The position numbers and the translations under genes are program-made. From Bacteroidia bacterium (lineage in GTDB: Bacteria; Bacteroidota; Bacteroidia; NS11-12g; UBA9320): a stretch of DNA of 64,000 nucleotides. Shown here piece by piece: positions 51,325 through 61,879 of this stretch. Below the pieces are notes generated by a model. The model was not told the origin of the DNA and searched no databases. It was given only the letters and a program-made list of their open reading frames with translations. The stretch spans positions 75,692-139,691 of the forward strand of contig JADLGN010000030.1 in the NCBI GenBank assembly GCA_020849295.1, read 5' to 3'. The first letter of the stretch is position 1. Every line of letters starts with the position of its first letter.

Positions 51325-53766
51325 TTAATTTTTATTTATTTTATTTTCAATTTCCGAAATTGCTTTCAATGTTTTCATTAGTGAATCAGGGGTTACAGAG
51401 ATGCTGTCAATATCATTTTCAACCAGAAATTGGGCAAAATCAGGGAAATCAGAAGGTCCCTGCCCGCAAATTCCTACCTTTACCCCTTGTTTCTTAGCTG
51501 TATTTATAAGCATTTTTATCATTTGCTTTACGGCATCATTGCGTTCATTGTATATATGAGCTACAAGAGATGAATCTCTGTCTAGCCCAAGTGTGAGTTG
51601 AGTAAGGTCGTTTGAGCCAATAGAAAACCCGTCAATATATTTTGCAAATTCTTCTGCAAGTATAATATTTGAAGGTATTTCAGCCATCAAAAAAACTTCA
51701 AGAGAATTTTCGCCTCTTTTCAATCCAAATTCATTCATTACTTCATATACTTTGTGTAATTCTTCTACAGTGCGGCAAAAAGGTATCATTACAACTACAT
51801 TACTTAATCCAATTTCTTCTCTAACTTTTTTTATTGCTTTACATTCAAGTCCAAAAGCCTCACGGTACTGTGCTGAGTAATATCTGCTTGCACCTCGCCA
51901 GCCTATCATTGGGTTTTCTTCCTCGGGTTCAAAATATTTTCCTCCTAGAAGATTGTAATATTCATTGCTTTTAAAATCACTAAACCTAACTATTACTTTA
52001 TTTGGATAAAATGCTGATGCAATTTTAGAAATACCATAACTTAATTTTTGTATAAAAAATTCTTCTTCATTTTCAAAACCAACAATCATTTTATTTATAG
52101 CATCACTCAGTTCGTTATCGCCAAGATGTTTATGTTTGAGCAATGCAAGCGGATGTGCCTGTATATAATTATTTATAATAAATTCTTCTCTTGCAAGCCC
52201 GACTCCCGAATTTGGCAGATGAGAAAATCTGAAAGCCAGATTGGGCGAAGCCACATTTAGCATTACAGGTGTTTTGGTTTTAGGTAGTTTTGAAATATCA
52301 TTTATTGCTTTGTCAAATTTTAAAATTCCTTTATACACTATTCCTTCATCTCCCTGGCAACAAGATACAGTAATTTCTTGTTCGTTTTCTATCAATTCTG
52401 TAGCGTTTCCACATCCAACTATTGCCGGAACACCAAGTTCACGAGCTACTATTGCAGCATGACAGGTTCTTCCTCCCTTATTTGTAATAATAGCCGAAGC
52501 CATTTTCATTATTGGCTCCCAGTCAGGGTCTGTCATATCGGTAACTAATACATCGCCGGCTTTAAACTCATGCCCGTCTGAAACTCTTTTATCAAGTGAA
52601 AACATTATTGATGCTTTGCCTGCACCAATTTTATCTCCTACTGCTATTCCTCTTATTATTTGTTCGTAATTTTCGCTGTTTTCAATACTAAATTCTGTAA
52701 TTTCTGAAACATTTTTTTGAGAATGGATTGTTTCAGGTCTTGCCTGCACAATAAATAGTTCTTTAGATATTCCGTCTTCTGCCCACTCAACATCCATAGG
52801 ACACCAACAGCCTTTCAAGTCAGAATAATACTTTTCTATTTTTATTACCCAATCAGCAAGCTGTAATATTCTTTCGTCTTTTATACAATATCGGTTTTGA
52901 AGATTTTTTTCAACCGGTATTGTTTTTACTCTCTCATCAGGGTCGTCACCATATACCATCATTATATCTTTTACACCAAGTTTTTTTTCAATAATGCTAT
53001 TAAAGCCTTTTTTTAATGTTGGCTTAAATACTATGAACTCATCCGGCGAAACAGAGCCTTGTACTATCATTTCTCCAAGACCATAAGAACCATTTATTAT
53101 TACAGCATCTTTAAAACCGCTTTCAGTATCTATTGAAAAAGCTACTCCAGATGTTCCAAGATCACTTCTTACCATTTTTTGGACACATACTGATAATCCT
53201 ATACTAAAATGATCGTACCCAAAACTGTGGCGATAACTTATAGCCCTATCAGTAAATATTGATGCAAAACAATTTCTTACTGCATTCATTAGCTGTGCAG
53301 GACCTCTTACGTTTAGGTAAGTTTCTTGTTGACCTGCAAAAGATGCGTTTGGCAAATCTTCTGCTGTGGCTGATGAACGAACTGCCACATCTGTCATATC
53401 TTGATTGTAATTTTTACTCAACTCATAATATTTGTTTATTATATCCTGACTTAAGCTCTTTGGAAATTTTGAATTTTTAATTAATTGTCGGGTACCCAAT
53501 CCTCCTCTTCGCAATGATTCAATATCGTCAAAATCTATACTGTTTATTATTTTCTTTATTTCTTTTTCAAGTTTGTTATAATTAATAAATTCTCTATAAG
53601 CTTCAACAGTTATTATAAATCCTCCCGGTATTTTAATTCCAAGTTGAGTAAGATTTTGAAGCATTTCTCCTAATGAAGCATTCTTTCCTCCTACTAGTTC
53701 AATGTCTCTAATTCCAGCATTTTGTAAATCAAGTAAATATTTTCTCATAATAATTTTTTTTAACAA
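51325..53766 (-). CDS. ppsA: Phosphoenolpyruvate synthase
   Basis: N-terminal ATP-grasp/PPDK_N domain (LVGGKNASLGEM), phosphohistidine domain (GGRTCHAAIVARELGVPAIVG) and C-terminal PEP-utilising TIM barrel. The true start may be the Met six codons in (MRKYL...). Confidence 0.9.
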   Translation of the reverse strand: MLKKIIMRKYLLDLQNAGIRDIELVGGKNASLGEMLQNLTQLGIKIPGGFIITVEAYREFINYNKLEKEIKKIINSIDFDDIESLRRGGLGTRQLIKNSKFPKSLSQDIINKYYELSKNYNQDMTDVAVRSSATAEDLPNASFAGQQETYLNVRGPAQLMNAVRNCFASIFTDRAISYRHSFGYDHFSIGLSVCVQKMVRSDLGTSGVAFSIDTESGFKDAVIINGSYGLGEMIVQGSVSPDEFIVFKPTLKKGFNSIIEKKLGVKDIMMVYGDDPDERVKTIPVEKNLQNRYCIKDERILQLADWVIKIEKYYSDLKGCWCPMDVEWAEDGISKELFIVQARPETIHSQKNVSEITEFSIENSENYEQIIRGIAVGDKIGAGKASIMFSLDKRVSDGHEFKAGDVLVTDMTDPDWEPIMKMASAIITNKGGRTCHAAIVARELGVPAIVGCGNATELIENEQEITVSCCQGDEGIVYKGILKFDKAINDISKLPKTKTPVMLNVASPNLAFRFSHLPNSGVGLAREEFIINNYIQAHPLALLKHKHLGDNELSDAINKMIVGFENEEEFFIQKLSYGISKIASAFYPNKVIVRFSDFKSNEYYNLLGGKYFEPEEENPMIGWRGASRYYSAQYREAFGLECKAIKKVREEIGLSNVVVMIPFCRTVEELHKVYEVMNEFGLKRGENSLEVFLMAEIPSNIILAEEFAKYIDGFSIGSNDLTQLTLGLDRDSSLVAHIYNERNDAVKQMIKMLINTAKKQGVKVGICGQGPSDFPDFAQFLVENDIDSISVTPDSLMKTLKAISEIENKINKN

Positions 53767-53961
53767 AAGAAACAGATTTTTTATTTAAAGCAATATTTGT
53801 TTATAAAACCTTAATAAGTTAGGTCTATCTTTTTCACAAAAGTTTAAAGAAAAAAATTAATTATTTAAGATTTTTTTATAAAAAATTTAAGCTAAAATGA
53901 ATTTGTATTATCGTCCGTTATACTTTTTGTATCAACTTATTTTGGGCAAAATATGTTTAAA

Positions 53962-54498
53962 TTATTTTTTAAAGATAAAACTTACGTTAGTTTTTACTGT
54001 TCCTAATATTGGGTTATTATATTCGTATTCGGTTCTTCCTTTCATTTCTATATCAGATAGTACAATATTGTTTAAGAAAACTGTATCCTTACCAAGCAAA
54101 TTGAAATATTCAGAATTCATGATTTGTATTGTTTTTTCGCCATTAATAAATTTCCATATTCCATCATTTGCTGATTGAGGTTCGCTGCCGCATTTTTTTG
54201 CACCATTATCAAGAGTCATAGTGTTGTTACTGTTAAATTTTATTCTGTTGTCTCTGTTGCAATCTTCATAAAGTGGCACTTCAAAGAGATTGTTAAAAGT
54301 ATCGATTTTTGGACCTAAGTTTATTACAAGAGGTGGATTAAATTGAGCACTTACTAATATCCAACTTGAATCGGTAAGAAGTTCTGTATTGGTTTTCGCC
54401 GGTTTGTCAGGATTAGGTGTAGTGTCATTATCTTTACAAGAAATAATAATTAATGAGCTTATAATAACCGGAATTAATAAATTTTTAATTGTTTTCAT
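53962..54498 (-). CDS. Hypothetical lipoprotein
   Basis: 178 aa. Signal peptide ending in a lipobox-like IISC. Confidence 0.5.
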   Translation of the reverse strand: MKTIKNLLIPVIISSLIIISCKDNDTTPNPDKPAKTNTELLTDSSWILVSAQFNPPLVINLGPKIDTFNNLFEVPLYEDCNRDNRIKFNSNNTMTLDNGAKKCGSEPQSANDGIWKFINGEKTIQIMNSEYFNLLGKDTVFLNNIVLSDIEMKGRTEYEYNNPILGTVKTNVSFIFKK

Positions 54499-54536
54499 TT
54501 TGTTTTATTTTTTTACAATTATATTAAATTTTACTT

Positions 54537-57413
54537 TTAATAGTATTCACTTTTTAAAAATCTACCTGTAATACTATTTACATTGTTAATGATTTGCTCA
54601 GGAGTCCCTTCTGCAACTATATTTCCTCCTGCTTTTCCTCCCTCAGGGCCTAAATCAATTATATAATCAGCTACTTTTATAACATCAAGATTGTGTTCTA
54701 TTACTATAACTGTATTTCCATTGTCAACAAAATTATTCAGTAATTTTAATAATTTTTTAATATCTTCAAAATGTAACCCTGTTGTAGGTTCATCTAAAAT
54801 ATACATAGTATTTCCGGTTCCTACTTTTGAAAGTTCGGCGGCTATTTTCACTCTTTGAGCTTCGCCTCCGCTAATTGTAGTGCTGCTCTGACCAAGTGTA
54901 ATATATCCAAGTCCGGCTTCACTCAATGCTTTTATTTTTCTGTTTACTACAGGAATATTCTCAAAAAAACCTACGGCTTCATCAACTGTCATATCAAGTA
55001 CATCGCTAATTGATTTTCCTTTGTATCTCACTTCTAAAGTTTCTCTGTTGTATCTTTTTCCCAAACAGTTTTCGCAGGGTATTTCTACATCAGGCAAAAA
55101 ATTCATTTCTATCACTTTCATTCCGCCACCCTGACAAGCTTCGCATCTACCACCCTTCACATTAAATGAAAATCTGCCCGCTTTATATCCTCTTACTTTC
55201 GCTTCGGGCAATGCTGCAAATAGATTTCTTATTTCTGTAAAAAAACCTACATAAGTTGATGGATTACTTCTTGGTGTTCTACCAATAGGAGATTGGTCAA
55301 TTTTTATTACTTTATCAATATTTTCAATACCTTTAATAGTTTTATAGCTCAAAGGTTTTTTATGTGATTTATATAAATGACGACTTAAAATAGGATGAAG
55401 CGTTTCATTTATTAATGTTGACTTTCCGCTACCTGATACACCTGTAATACATACAAACAAACCAATAGGTATTTTAAGATTAACATTTTTAAGATTATTT
55501 CCTGTACAAGCAATTATTTCAAAATATTTTGATTTTTCTATTCTTCGCTTCTCAGGTATTTCTATTTTTAAATGACCATTAATATAACCTGAAGTTAAAG
55601 TATCTGTTTTTATAAAATCTTCTGTTTTTCCTGCAAAAACAATTTTTCCACCTGCTTTGCCGGCAAAAGGTCCTATATCAACAACAAAATCGCTTTGTTT
55701 CATCATGTCCTTATCATGTTCTACTACTACTACTGTGTTACCAATATCTCTAAGCGATTTTAATGAATCAATAAGTTTTTCATTATCGCGTGGGTGCAGC
55801 CCAATACTTGGCTCATCAAGAATATAAAGAACTTCTTCAAGTTTTGAGCCTATTTGTGTTGCTAATCTTATTCTTTGTGCTTCGCCTCCACTTAATGTAC
55901 GAGCCGGATTATCAAGATTTAGGTATCCGAGACCAACGCCAAGCAAAAAATTTAGTCTGGTTGAAATTTCTTTAATTATCTCTGCTGCAATTATTTTTTG
56001 CCTTTCATTTAGTTTATTATTCAGTTCATTTATCCAAACACAAAGTTCTTGCACACTCATTTTTCCCAATTGAGAAATATTTTTATTGTCAATTTTATAA
56101 TGCAATGATTCTTGTTTTAATCTATCTCCATTGCATTCGGGGCAAATTCTTGTACTCATAAATTCTTCTGCCCATTCTGTCAAATTATCATTACCCTTTT
56201 CTCCTAAAGCATTCATCAACATACTTGTAATACCTTTAAAAGTTGAATTAAAAACTTGTTTTTGTCCGCTGCTGAAAACATATTCAACTTCAAATTTTTC
56301 TTCACTTCCGTTTAATAATAAATCAAGTATTTTTTCACTTAGTGAACTAATTGGGTCTGATAGACTGAATTTATATTTTCTCGCTATTGCTCTTAATTGA
56401 GTAAAAGTCCAATTGTCACGCATTTCTCCAAGTGGTATTATTGCACCGCTATTTATGCTTTTACTTTTGTCGGGTATTATATTTTCTATATCAAAATCAC
56501 TAACAAATCCAAGTCCTTCACAGCGATTACATGCTCCATAAGGCGAATTAAATGAAAAAGTATTTGGCTGAGGTTCATTATAGCTTAATCCTGTTTTAGG
56601 ATCCATTAAAAATTTGCTAAAATGAAATATTTCTTCACTCAAACTGTCGAGCAACATCAATGACCCTTTCCCAACTTTTAGTGCGGTTTTTACAGAATCT
56701 GTCAACCTTAAAATATTATTAGGTAAAGGTTCTATTCTATCAATTACCACTTCTATATCATGAATTTTGTAGCGATCAAGCTGCATCCCCCTTTTTATTT
56801 CAATAATTTCGCTGTCAACTCTAACTTTGGTATAACCAGCTTTTGCATATTGTTCAAAAATTTCGCGGTAATGTCCTTTTCTGGCTTTAATAATTGGTGC
56901 AAGTATTATTATCTTTTTATTTTCGAATTTTTTTAAAATAATTTCTACTATTTGCTCCTCACTAAATTTTACCATTTTTTCACCGCTTATATAAGAGTAT
57001 GCCTCACCTGCACGAGCATATAGCAAACGCAAAAAATCATAAATTTCTGTTATTGTTCCTACCGTACTTCGCGGATTTTTATTTACTGATTTTTGCTCAA
57101 TACTAATTACAGGACTCAATCCTTCAATTTTATCAACTTCAGGTCTTTTCATCTCTCCTATAAAATGCCTTGCATAAGCAGAAAAACTTTCCATATAGCG
57201 TCTTTGTCCTTCGGCATATATGGTATCAAATGCAAGTGACGATTTACCACTTCCACTTAAACCAGTAAACACTATCAGCTTATTTCTCGGAAACCTTAAA
57301 TCAATATTTTTAAGATTATGCTCTCTTGCACCAATTACTTCAATATAGGTTTCACTATCATTTACAATATGCTTTGATTTTTTTGAAGGTGCTTTTTTTT
57401 TAGCCTGATTCAC
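54537..57413 (-). CDS. uvrA: Excinuclease ABC subunit A
   Basis: 958 aa. Two ABC ATPase modules (GLSGSGKSSLAF and GVSGSGKSTLI), Zn-finger Cys clusters (CxxC) and signatures LSGGEAQRIRLA / LSGGEAQRVKIA. Confidence 0.95.
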   Translation of the reverse strand: MNQAKKKAPSKKSKHIVNDSETYIEVIGAREHNLKNIDLRFPRNKLIVFTGLSGSGKSSLAFDTIYAEGQRRYMESFSAYARHFIGEMKRPEVDKIEGLSPVISIEQKSVNKNPRSTVGTITEIYDFLRLLYARAGEAYSYISGEKMVKFSEEQIVEIILKKFENKKIIILAPIIKARKGHYREIFEQYAKAGYTKVRVDSEIIEIKRGMQLDRYKIHDIEVVIDRIEPLPNNILRLTDSVKTALKVGKGSLMLLDSLSEEIFHFSKFLMDPKTGLSYNEPQPNTFSFNSPYGACNRCEGLGFVSDFDIENIIPDKSKSINSGAIIPLGEMRDNWTFTQLRAIARKYKFSLSDPISSLSEKILDLLLNGSEEKFEVEYVFSSGQKQVFNSTFKGITSMLMNALGEKGNDNLTEWAEEFMSTRICPECNGDRLKQESLHYKIDNKNISQLGKMSVQELCVWINELNNKLNERQKIIAAEIIKEISTRLNFLLGVGLGYLNLDNPARTLSGGEAQRIRLATQIGSKLEEVLYILDEPSIGLHPRDNEKLIDSLKSLRDIGNTVVVVEHDKDMMKQSDFVVDIGPFAGKAGGKIVFAGKTEDFIKTDTLTSGYINGHLKIEIPEKRRIEKSKYFEIIACTGNNLKNVNLKIPIGLFVCITGVSGSGKSTLINETLHPILSRHLYKSHKKPLSYKTIKGIENIDKVIKIDQSPIGRTPRSNPSTYVGFFTEIRNLFAALPEAKVRGYKAGRFSFNVKGGRCEACQGGGMKVIEMNFLPDVEIPCENCLGKRYNRETLEVRYKGKSISDVLDMTVDEAVGFFENIPVVNRKIKALSEAGLGYITLGQSSTTISGGEAQRVKIAAELSKVGTGNTMYILDEPTTGLHFEDIKKLLKLLNNFVDNGNTVIVIEHNLDVIKVADYIIDLGPEGGKAGGNIVAEGTPEQIINNVNSITGRFLKSEYY

Positions 57414-57509
57414 TTATTTTTTAAAACAATTTGCAAAATTAGATAGTTTTAACTTGAATTAAAATTGTGCTTTTTCTTTTTTATTTGAATTTAAATTAAT
57501 CAAATAATG

Positions 57510-59282
57510 TCATGGTAAAATATTTTGAAAAATAGTATTTGCAATAGCTTCAGGGCTTATTCCGTATAATTCAAAAATTTCGCTATGAGAGCCATGTTTT
57601 ATTGTTTCATCAGGAAAACCCAAAGAAATTATCCTGCTTTGAAAAGCTAAGCTTGAGTTAATTGATTTTATAAAACTTCCCGCTCCGCCTATTATACTGC
57701 CATCTTCTACAGTGATTACAAGTTTATGTGATTTAATTATTTCGGCAATTTTATCTGCATTTAAGGGTTTTACTATACAAATTGAAAATAGTGAGGGATA
57801 AATTTTTTTTTCATTCAATATTTTTGTAGCTGCATAGCAGTTCTTTAGCATGGTACCTACTGCAATAATTGCTATTTGTTTCCCAAATTCAATTTGAGTA
57901 ATTTCAGCCAAATTATTATTAATAACAGGTGTTTTATAACTAAACTTTTCATCCGCAATTGCACCTTTAGGATATCTTATTGCGACAGGTCCGAAACTGT
58001 ATTGTGAATAATAAAACATCATTTTTCTTAATTCTTCAGCATTTGCAGGCGTTGCAATTGTGATATTTGGTAAAGGCAAAAGCATAGGCAAATCATATAA
58101 TCCGTGATGTGTAGCTCCATCGTCTGCAGCATTTCCTGCTCGGTCTATACAAAAAATTACTGGTAAATTTTGAATACAAACATCATGAATTACCTGATCA
58201 AGTGCTCTTTGAAGAAAAGTACTGTAAATACTACAAAACACAATGAAACCTTCTTTTGCCAATCCTGCCGAAAATGTAACTGCATGTTGTTCGGCTATTC
58301 CTACATCAAAAAAACGCGAAGGGAAGCGATTCATTGCCTCTATCATGCCACTGCCGGTAGGCATTGCTGGCGTAACTCCGCATACTTTGAGATTTTTTTC
58401 GGCAATATCAATTAGTGTTTGTCCGAAAATATCCTGATATCTAAGCTTACCTTTTTGTAATGTTTCATAAGTTTTTTCAATTTTAATAAATTTGGTAGTG
58501 CTATGCCATTTAGTTTGTTCCTTTTCAGCTTCGGGATATCCTTTGCCCTTTGTAGTTCTTATATGAACAACACAAGGTTTTTTAATATCTTTAAGCATTT
58601 TGAAACACGAAATAAGTTCATGTACATTATGACCATCAACTATTCCAATATACTTAAGTCCGAGATTTGTAAATAAATTATTATCATGGTTAATATTTCT
58701 TAAATGAGAATTTATTGCTCCACAGTTTTTATCAATTCCTATATCATTGTCATTAATTATTATTAGTGAATTTGTATTTGACACAGCAATATTATTCAAT
58801 CCTTCATAAGATTCTCCCCCTGTAAGTGCTCCATCTCCAACTACTGCTATATGTTTTTGTTCAATATTATTATTAAGTAACGAAGCTGTAGCCATACCAA
58901 GTATTGCTGAAATAGCTGTAGAAGAATGTCCGGTACCGAAAGCATCAAATTCACTTTCAAAAATATTCGGGAAACCACTAATACCGCCGAGTTTACGATT
59001 GCTGTCAAATATTTTTCTTCTTCCAGTAAGTATTTTGTGACAATATGCCTGATGTCCCACATCCCATACAATTTTATCATTTGGTGTATCAAATACATAA
59101 TGTAAAGCTACTGATAATTCTACCACACCGAGGTTTGCAGCAAAATGTCCCCCGTTTTGCAATACTTTTTCAATTATAAAATCTCTTAGCTGCTTACACA
59201 ATTCGGGCATCTGACTTAAATTTAATTTCTTTAAATCTGATGGAAAATTAATGTTTTCTAATAAAAAGTACTTTGTATGCAA
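57510..59282 (-). CDS. dxs: 1-deoxy-D-xylulose-5-phosphate synthase
   Basis: 590 aa. TPP-binding GDGALTGG...NDN motif, GHxxxS, and transketolase-like pyrimidine-binding and C-terminal domains. Confidence 0.95.
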   Translation of the reverse strand: MHTKYFLLENINFPSDLKKLNLSQMPELCKQLRDFIIEKVLQNGGHFAANLGVVELSVALHYVFDTPNDKIVWDVGHQAYCHKILTGRRKIFDSNRKLGGISGFPNIFESEFDAFGTGHSSTAISAILGMATASLLNNNIEQKHIAVVGDGALTGGESYEGLNNIAVSNTNSLIIINDNDIGIDKNCGAINSHLRNINHDNNLFTNLGLKYIGIVDGHNVHELISCFKMLKDIKKPCVVHIRTTKGKGYPEAEKEQTKWHSTTKFIKIEKTYETLQKGKLRYQDIFGQTLIDIAEKNLKVCGVTPAMPTGSGMIEAMNRFPSRFFDVGIAEQHAVTFSAGLAKEGFIVFCSIYSTFLQRALDQVIHDVCIQNLPVIFCIDRAGNAADDGATHHGLYDLPMLLPLPNITIATPANAEELRKMMFYYSQYSFGPVAIRYPKGAIADEKFSYKTPVINNNLAEITQIEFGKQIAIIAVGTMLKNCYAATKILNEKKIYPSLFSICIVKPLNADKIAEIIKSHKLVITVEDGSIIGGAGSFIKSINSSLAFQSRIISLGFPDETIKHGSHSEIFELYGISPEAIANTIFQNILP

Positions 59283-59365
59283 GAATGCAAAATTGATATT
59301 TTTTTAAAAGATTCTATAATTAAAACTCAAAAGTTAGAAATAAATAGAAAATATTTGCAGTACAA

Positions 59366-59983
59366 TTGGATAGTAAAATTACAATAAGTGAAAAAATTTA
59401 CGGACTTGTACTTGCAGGTGGCAAAAGCTCAAGAATGGGGCAAGACAAGGCTGCTATCAATTATCATGGAATTAGTCAGCAATACTATATTTACAATTTA
59501 CTAAAAAAATATTGCCAATCTGTTTTTATTTCTTGTAGCCAAAATCAAAAAAAAACAATAATCGCCGAGTACAATCCAATTGAAGATAATAATATATTTG
59601 GGGACATTGGTCCTATGGCTGGTTTGCTAAGTTATATCACTGTAAATTCATATATGCCTGTGTTGCTTATTGCTTGCGATTATCCATATTTAACAGATAG
59701 CGATATTGAATTAATTTTTAAAAACCGCAAACCCGAATATGATGTAATTTGTTATAAAAATGAAGATACAGGATTTGAAGAACCGCTTATAGCCATGTAC
59801 GAAACAAGTGCATTAAAAAAACTGAAATTATTTTACAACAATGGAAATACATCATTAAGACTTTTTATTTCTACGATTAATACTAAAACTCTTAAACCAT
59901 TGTCATCAAAATCAATTACAAGTGTTGATACCATTGAAAAAGCCGAAGAAGTAATAAAAAAATTGAAGAAAATAAATGATTGA
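59366..59983 (+). CDS. mobA: Molybdenum cofactor guanylyltransferase (MobA-like nucleotidyltransferase)
   Basis: GLVLAGGKSSRMGQDKAAI N-terminal MobA signature. About 200 aa. Confidence 0.7.
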   Translation: MDSKITISEKIYGLVLAGGKSSRMGQDKAAINYHGISQQYYIYNLLKKYCQSVFISCSQNQKKTIIAEYNPIEDNNIFGDIGPMAGLLSYITVNSYMPVLLIACDYPYLTDSDIELIFKNRKPEYDVICYKNEDTGFEEPLIAMYETSALKKLKLFYNNGNTSLRLFISTINTKTLKPLSSKSITSVDTIEKAEEVIKKLKKIND

Positions 59984-60821
59984 AAAAAATAGTGTTGGAA
60001 AAAAAAATGTTATTAAGATTTTTAAAAATAAAGAATCTGAAAACCTAAGCGATAATGTAGCAGTTGAAGAACCCCTTGAAATAAGAATTACACATGGCAA
60101 AAAAGGTAATTTAAAAACCACTAATCTTTCAGTAACTATGCGCACTCCCGGAAATGATGCAGAACTTGCTACAGGTTTTTTATATAGCGAAGGAATTATT
60201 AATGATTTTGAAGATATAAAAAGTATCAATCATATTGACACCTTAACAAATTTTAATAATATTTTGCAAGTTGTTTTAAGCGAAAATATAAATTTTGATA
60301 TTGAAAAAACTGAAAAACATTTTTATACAAGTTCAAGTTGCGGTGTTTGTGGCAAAACATCTATTAATTCAATAAAACAACTTAAAAAATCAGGTTCAAT
60401 ATCAAACAACTTTATTAAAATTAACAAGGAACTGATATTTTCATTACCTCAAAAATTATTGAGTAATCAAAGTGTTTTTGAAAATACGGGCGGGCTTCAT
60501 GCTTCTGCTCTTTTCGATATAAACTCTAATATAGTCACCATAAAAGAAGATGTAGGAAGGCATAATGCCCTTGATAAACTTATTGGCTTTTCACTAAAAA
60601 ACAAACTTTTACCACTTTCAAAATATATTTTGTTGTTAAGCGGAAGAGCCTCATTTGAGCTTATACAAAAAGCAGCACTTGCCGATATAAAAATAGTTGC
60701 ATCAATAGGTGCTCCTTCGAGCCTTGCAATACAAACAGCCGAAGAATTTGGAATTACACTAATTGGTTTTTTAAATATTCAAAAATTCAATATTTACACA
60801 TTCCCCAATCGAATTGTTTAA
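59976..60821 (+). CDS. fdhD: Formate dehydrogenase accessory sulfurtransferase FdhD-family protein
   Basis: Catalytic Cys loop SSCGVCGK and GRHNALDKLIG motif typical of FdhD. 8-nt overlap with mobA. Confidence 0.8.
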   Translation: MIEKNSVGKKNVIKIFKNKESENLSDNVAVEEPLEIRITHGKKGNLKTTNLSVTMRTPGNDAELATGFLYSEGIINDFEDIKSINHIDTLTNFNNILQVVLSENINFDIEKTEKHFYTSSSCGVCGKTSINSIKQLKKSGSISNNFIKINKELIFSLPQKLLSNQSVFENTGGLHASALFDINSNIVTIKEDVGRHNALDKLIGFSLKNKLLPLSKYILLLSGRASFELIQKAALADIKIVASIGAPSSLAIQTAEEFGITLIGFLNIQKFNIYTFPNRIV

Positions 60822-60866
60822 TGACAAAACAGTTTATTTAAAAAAAATAAACTTAATTTGCAATAA

Positions 60867-61829
60867 ATGATAGTAGTTACAGGTGCTGCAGGATTTATAG
60901 GCAGTTGTCTTATTTCAAAATTGAACGAAGAAAAACTTGGTGACATAATAGCCGTTGACGATTTTTCTGACAGAATAAAATTAAAGAATCTTGAAGGCAA
61001 AAAAATAGTGAAATTTGCTGATAGGTCTGAATTTATTAAAAATCCATCTTATTTTGGTAAAGCAGAATTTATTTTTCATATAGGAGCAAGAACTGATACC
61101 GCCGAGTTTGACACTAAAATATTAAATACATTAAATACAGAGTATTCTAAAAGCTTATGGAATTATTGCACTCTTAATCAAATACCATTTATTTATGCAT
61201 CATCTGCCGCTACCTATGGTATTGGCGAATTTGGCTTTGATGATGATATTGAATTATTGAGTAAACTAAAGCCAATGAATCCTTATGGACAAAGTAAACA
61301 TGATTTTGACATTTGGGCATTTTCGCAAAAAAAACAACCCCCATTTTGGTCAGGTTTCAAGTTTTTCAATGTTTATGGTCCAAATGAGTATCATAAAGGG
61401 CGTATGGCATCTGTTGTTCTTCATGGCACAAGACAAATAAAAGAAACAGGTAAAATAAGATTATTCAAAAGTTACAGAGAAGATTATAAGGATGGTGAGC
61501 AGAAAAGAGACTTTATATACATTAAAGATTTACTTGAAGTATTAATTTACTTTTACAAAAACCGCAAAAATTCATCAATATATAATCTTGGTACAGGAAA
61601 ATCACATACTTGGAATCAACTGGCTAATGCAATTTTCAAATCATTAAACATGACTAAAAATATTGAATACATAGATATGCCTATTGATATAAAAGATAAA
61701 TATCAATATTGTACAGAAGCAAATATTGAAAAATTAGGAAAAAGTGGATTTCATTGTAATTTCACACAATTTGATGTTGCTGTTGACGATTACGTAAATA
61801 ATTACATAAACAAGGGCTCATATTTTTGA
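60867..61829 (+). CDS. hldD: ADP-L-glycero-D-manno-heptose 6-epimerase
   Basis: MIVVTGAAGFIGS, FIYASSAATYG and FKFFNVYGPNEYHKGRMASV are colinear with E. coli HldD/RfaD motifs. Confidence 0.85.
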   Translation: MIVVTGAAGFIGSCLISKLNEEKLGDIIAVDDFSDRIKLKNLEGKKIVKFADRSEFIKNPSYFGKAEFIFHIGARTDTAEFDTKILNTLNTEYSKSLWNYCTLNQIPFIYASSAATYGIGEFGFDDDIELLSKLKPMNPYGQSKHDFDIWAFSQKKQPPFWSGFKFFNVYGPNEYHKGRMASVVLHGTRQIKETGKIRLFKSYREDYKDGEQKRDFIYIKDLLEVLIYFYKNRKNSSIYNLGTGKSHTWNQLANAIFKSLNMTKNIEYIDMPIDIKDKYQYCTEANIEKLGKSGFHCNFTQFDVAVDDYVNNYINKGSYF

Positions 61830-61879
61830 AAAAATTTTTAAATAATTGGTTGATTTATCTGTTTTTATCACTATTTGTA

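Noticed and set aside
53749-53766. N-terminal 6-codon extension of ppsA (MLKKII before MRKYL)
   Set aside because: Either start is possible. Homologs typically begin near the KYL(L/V) region, so the extension may not be translated. It is too minor to call as a separate feature.
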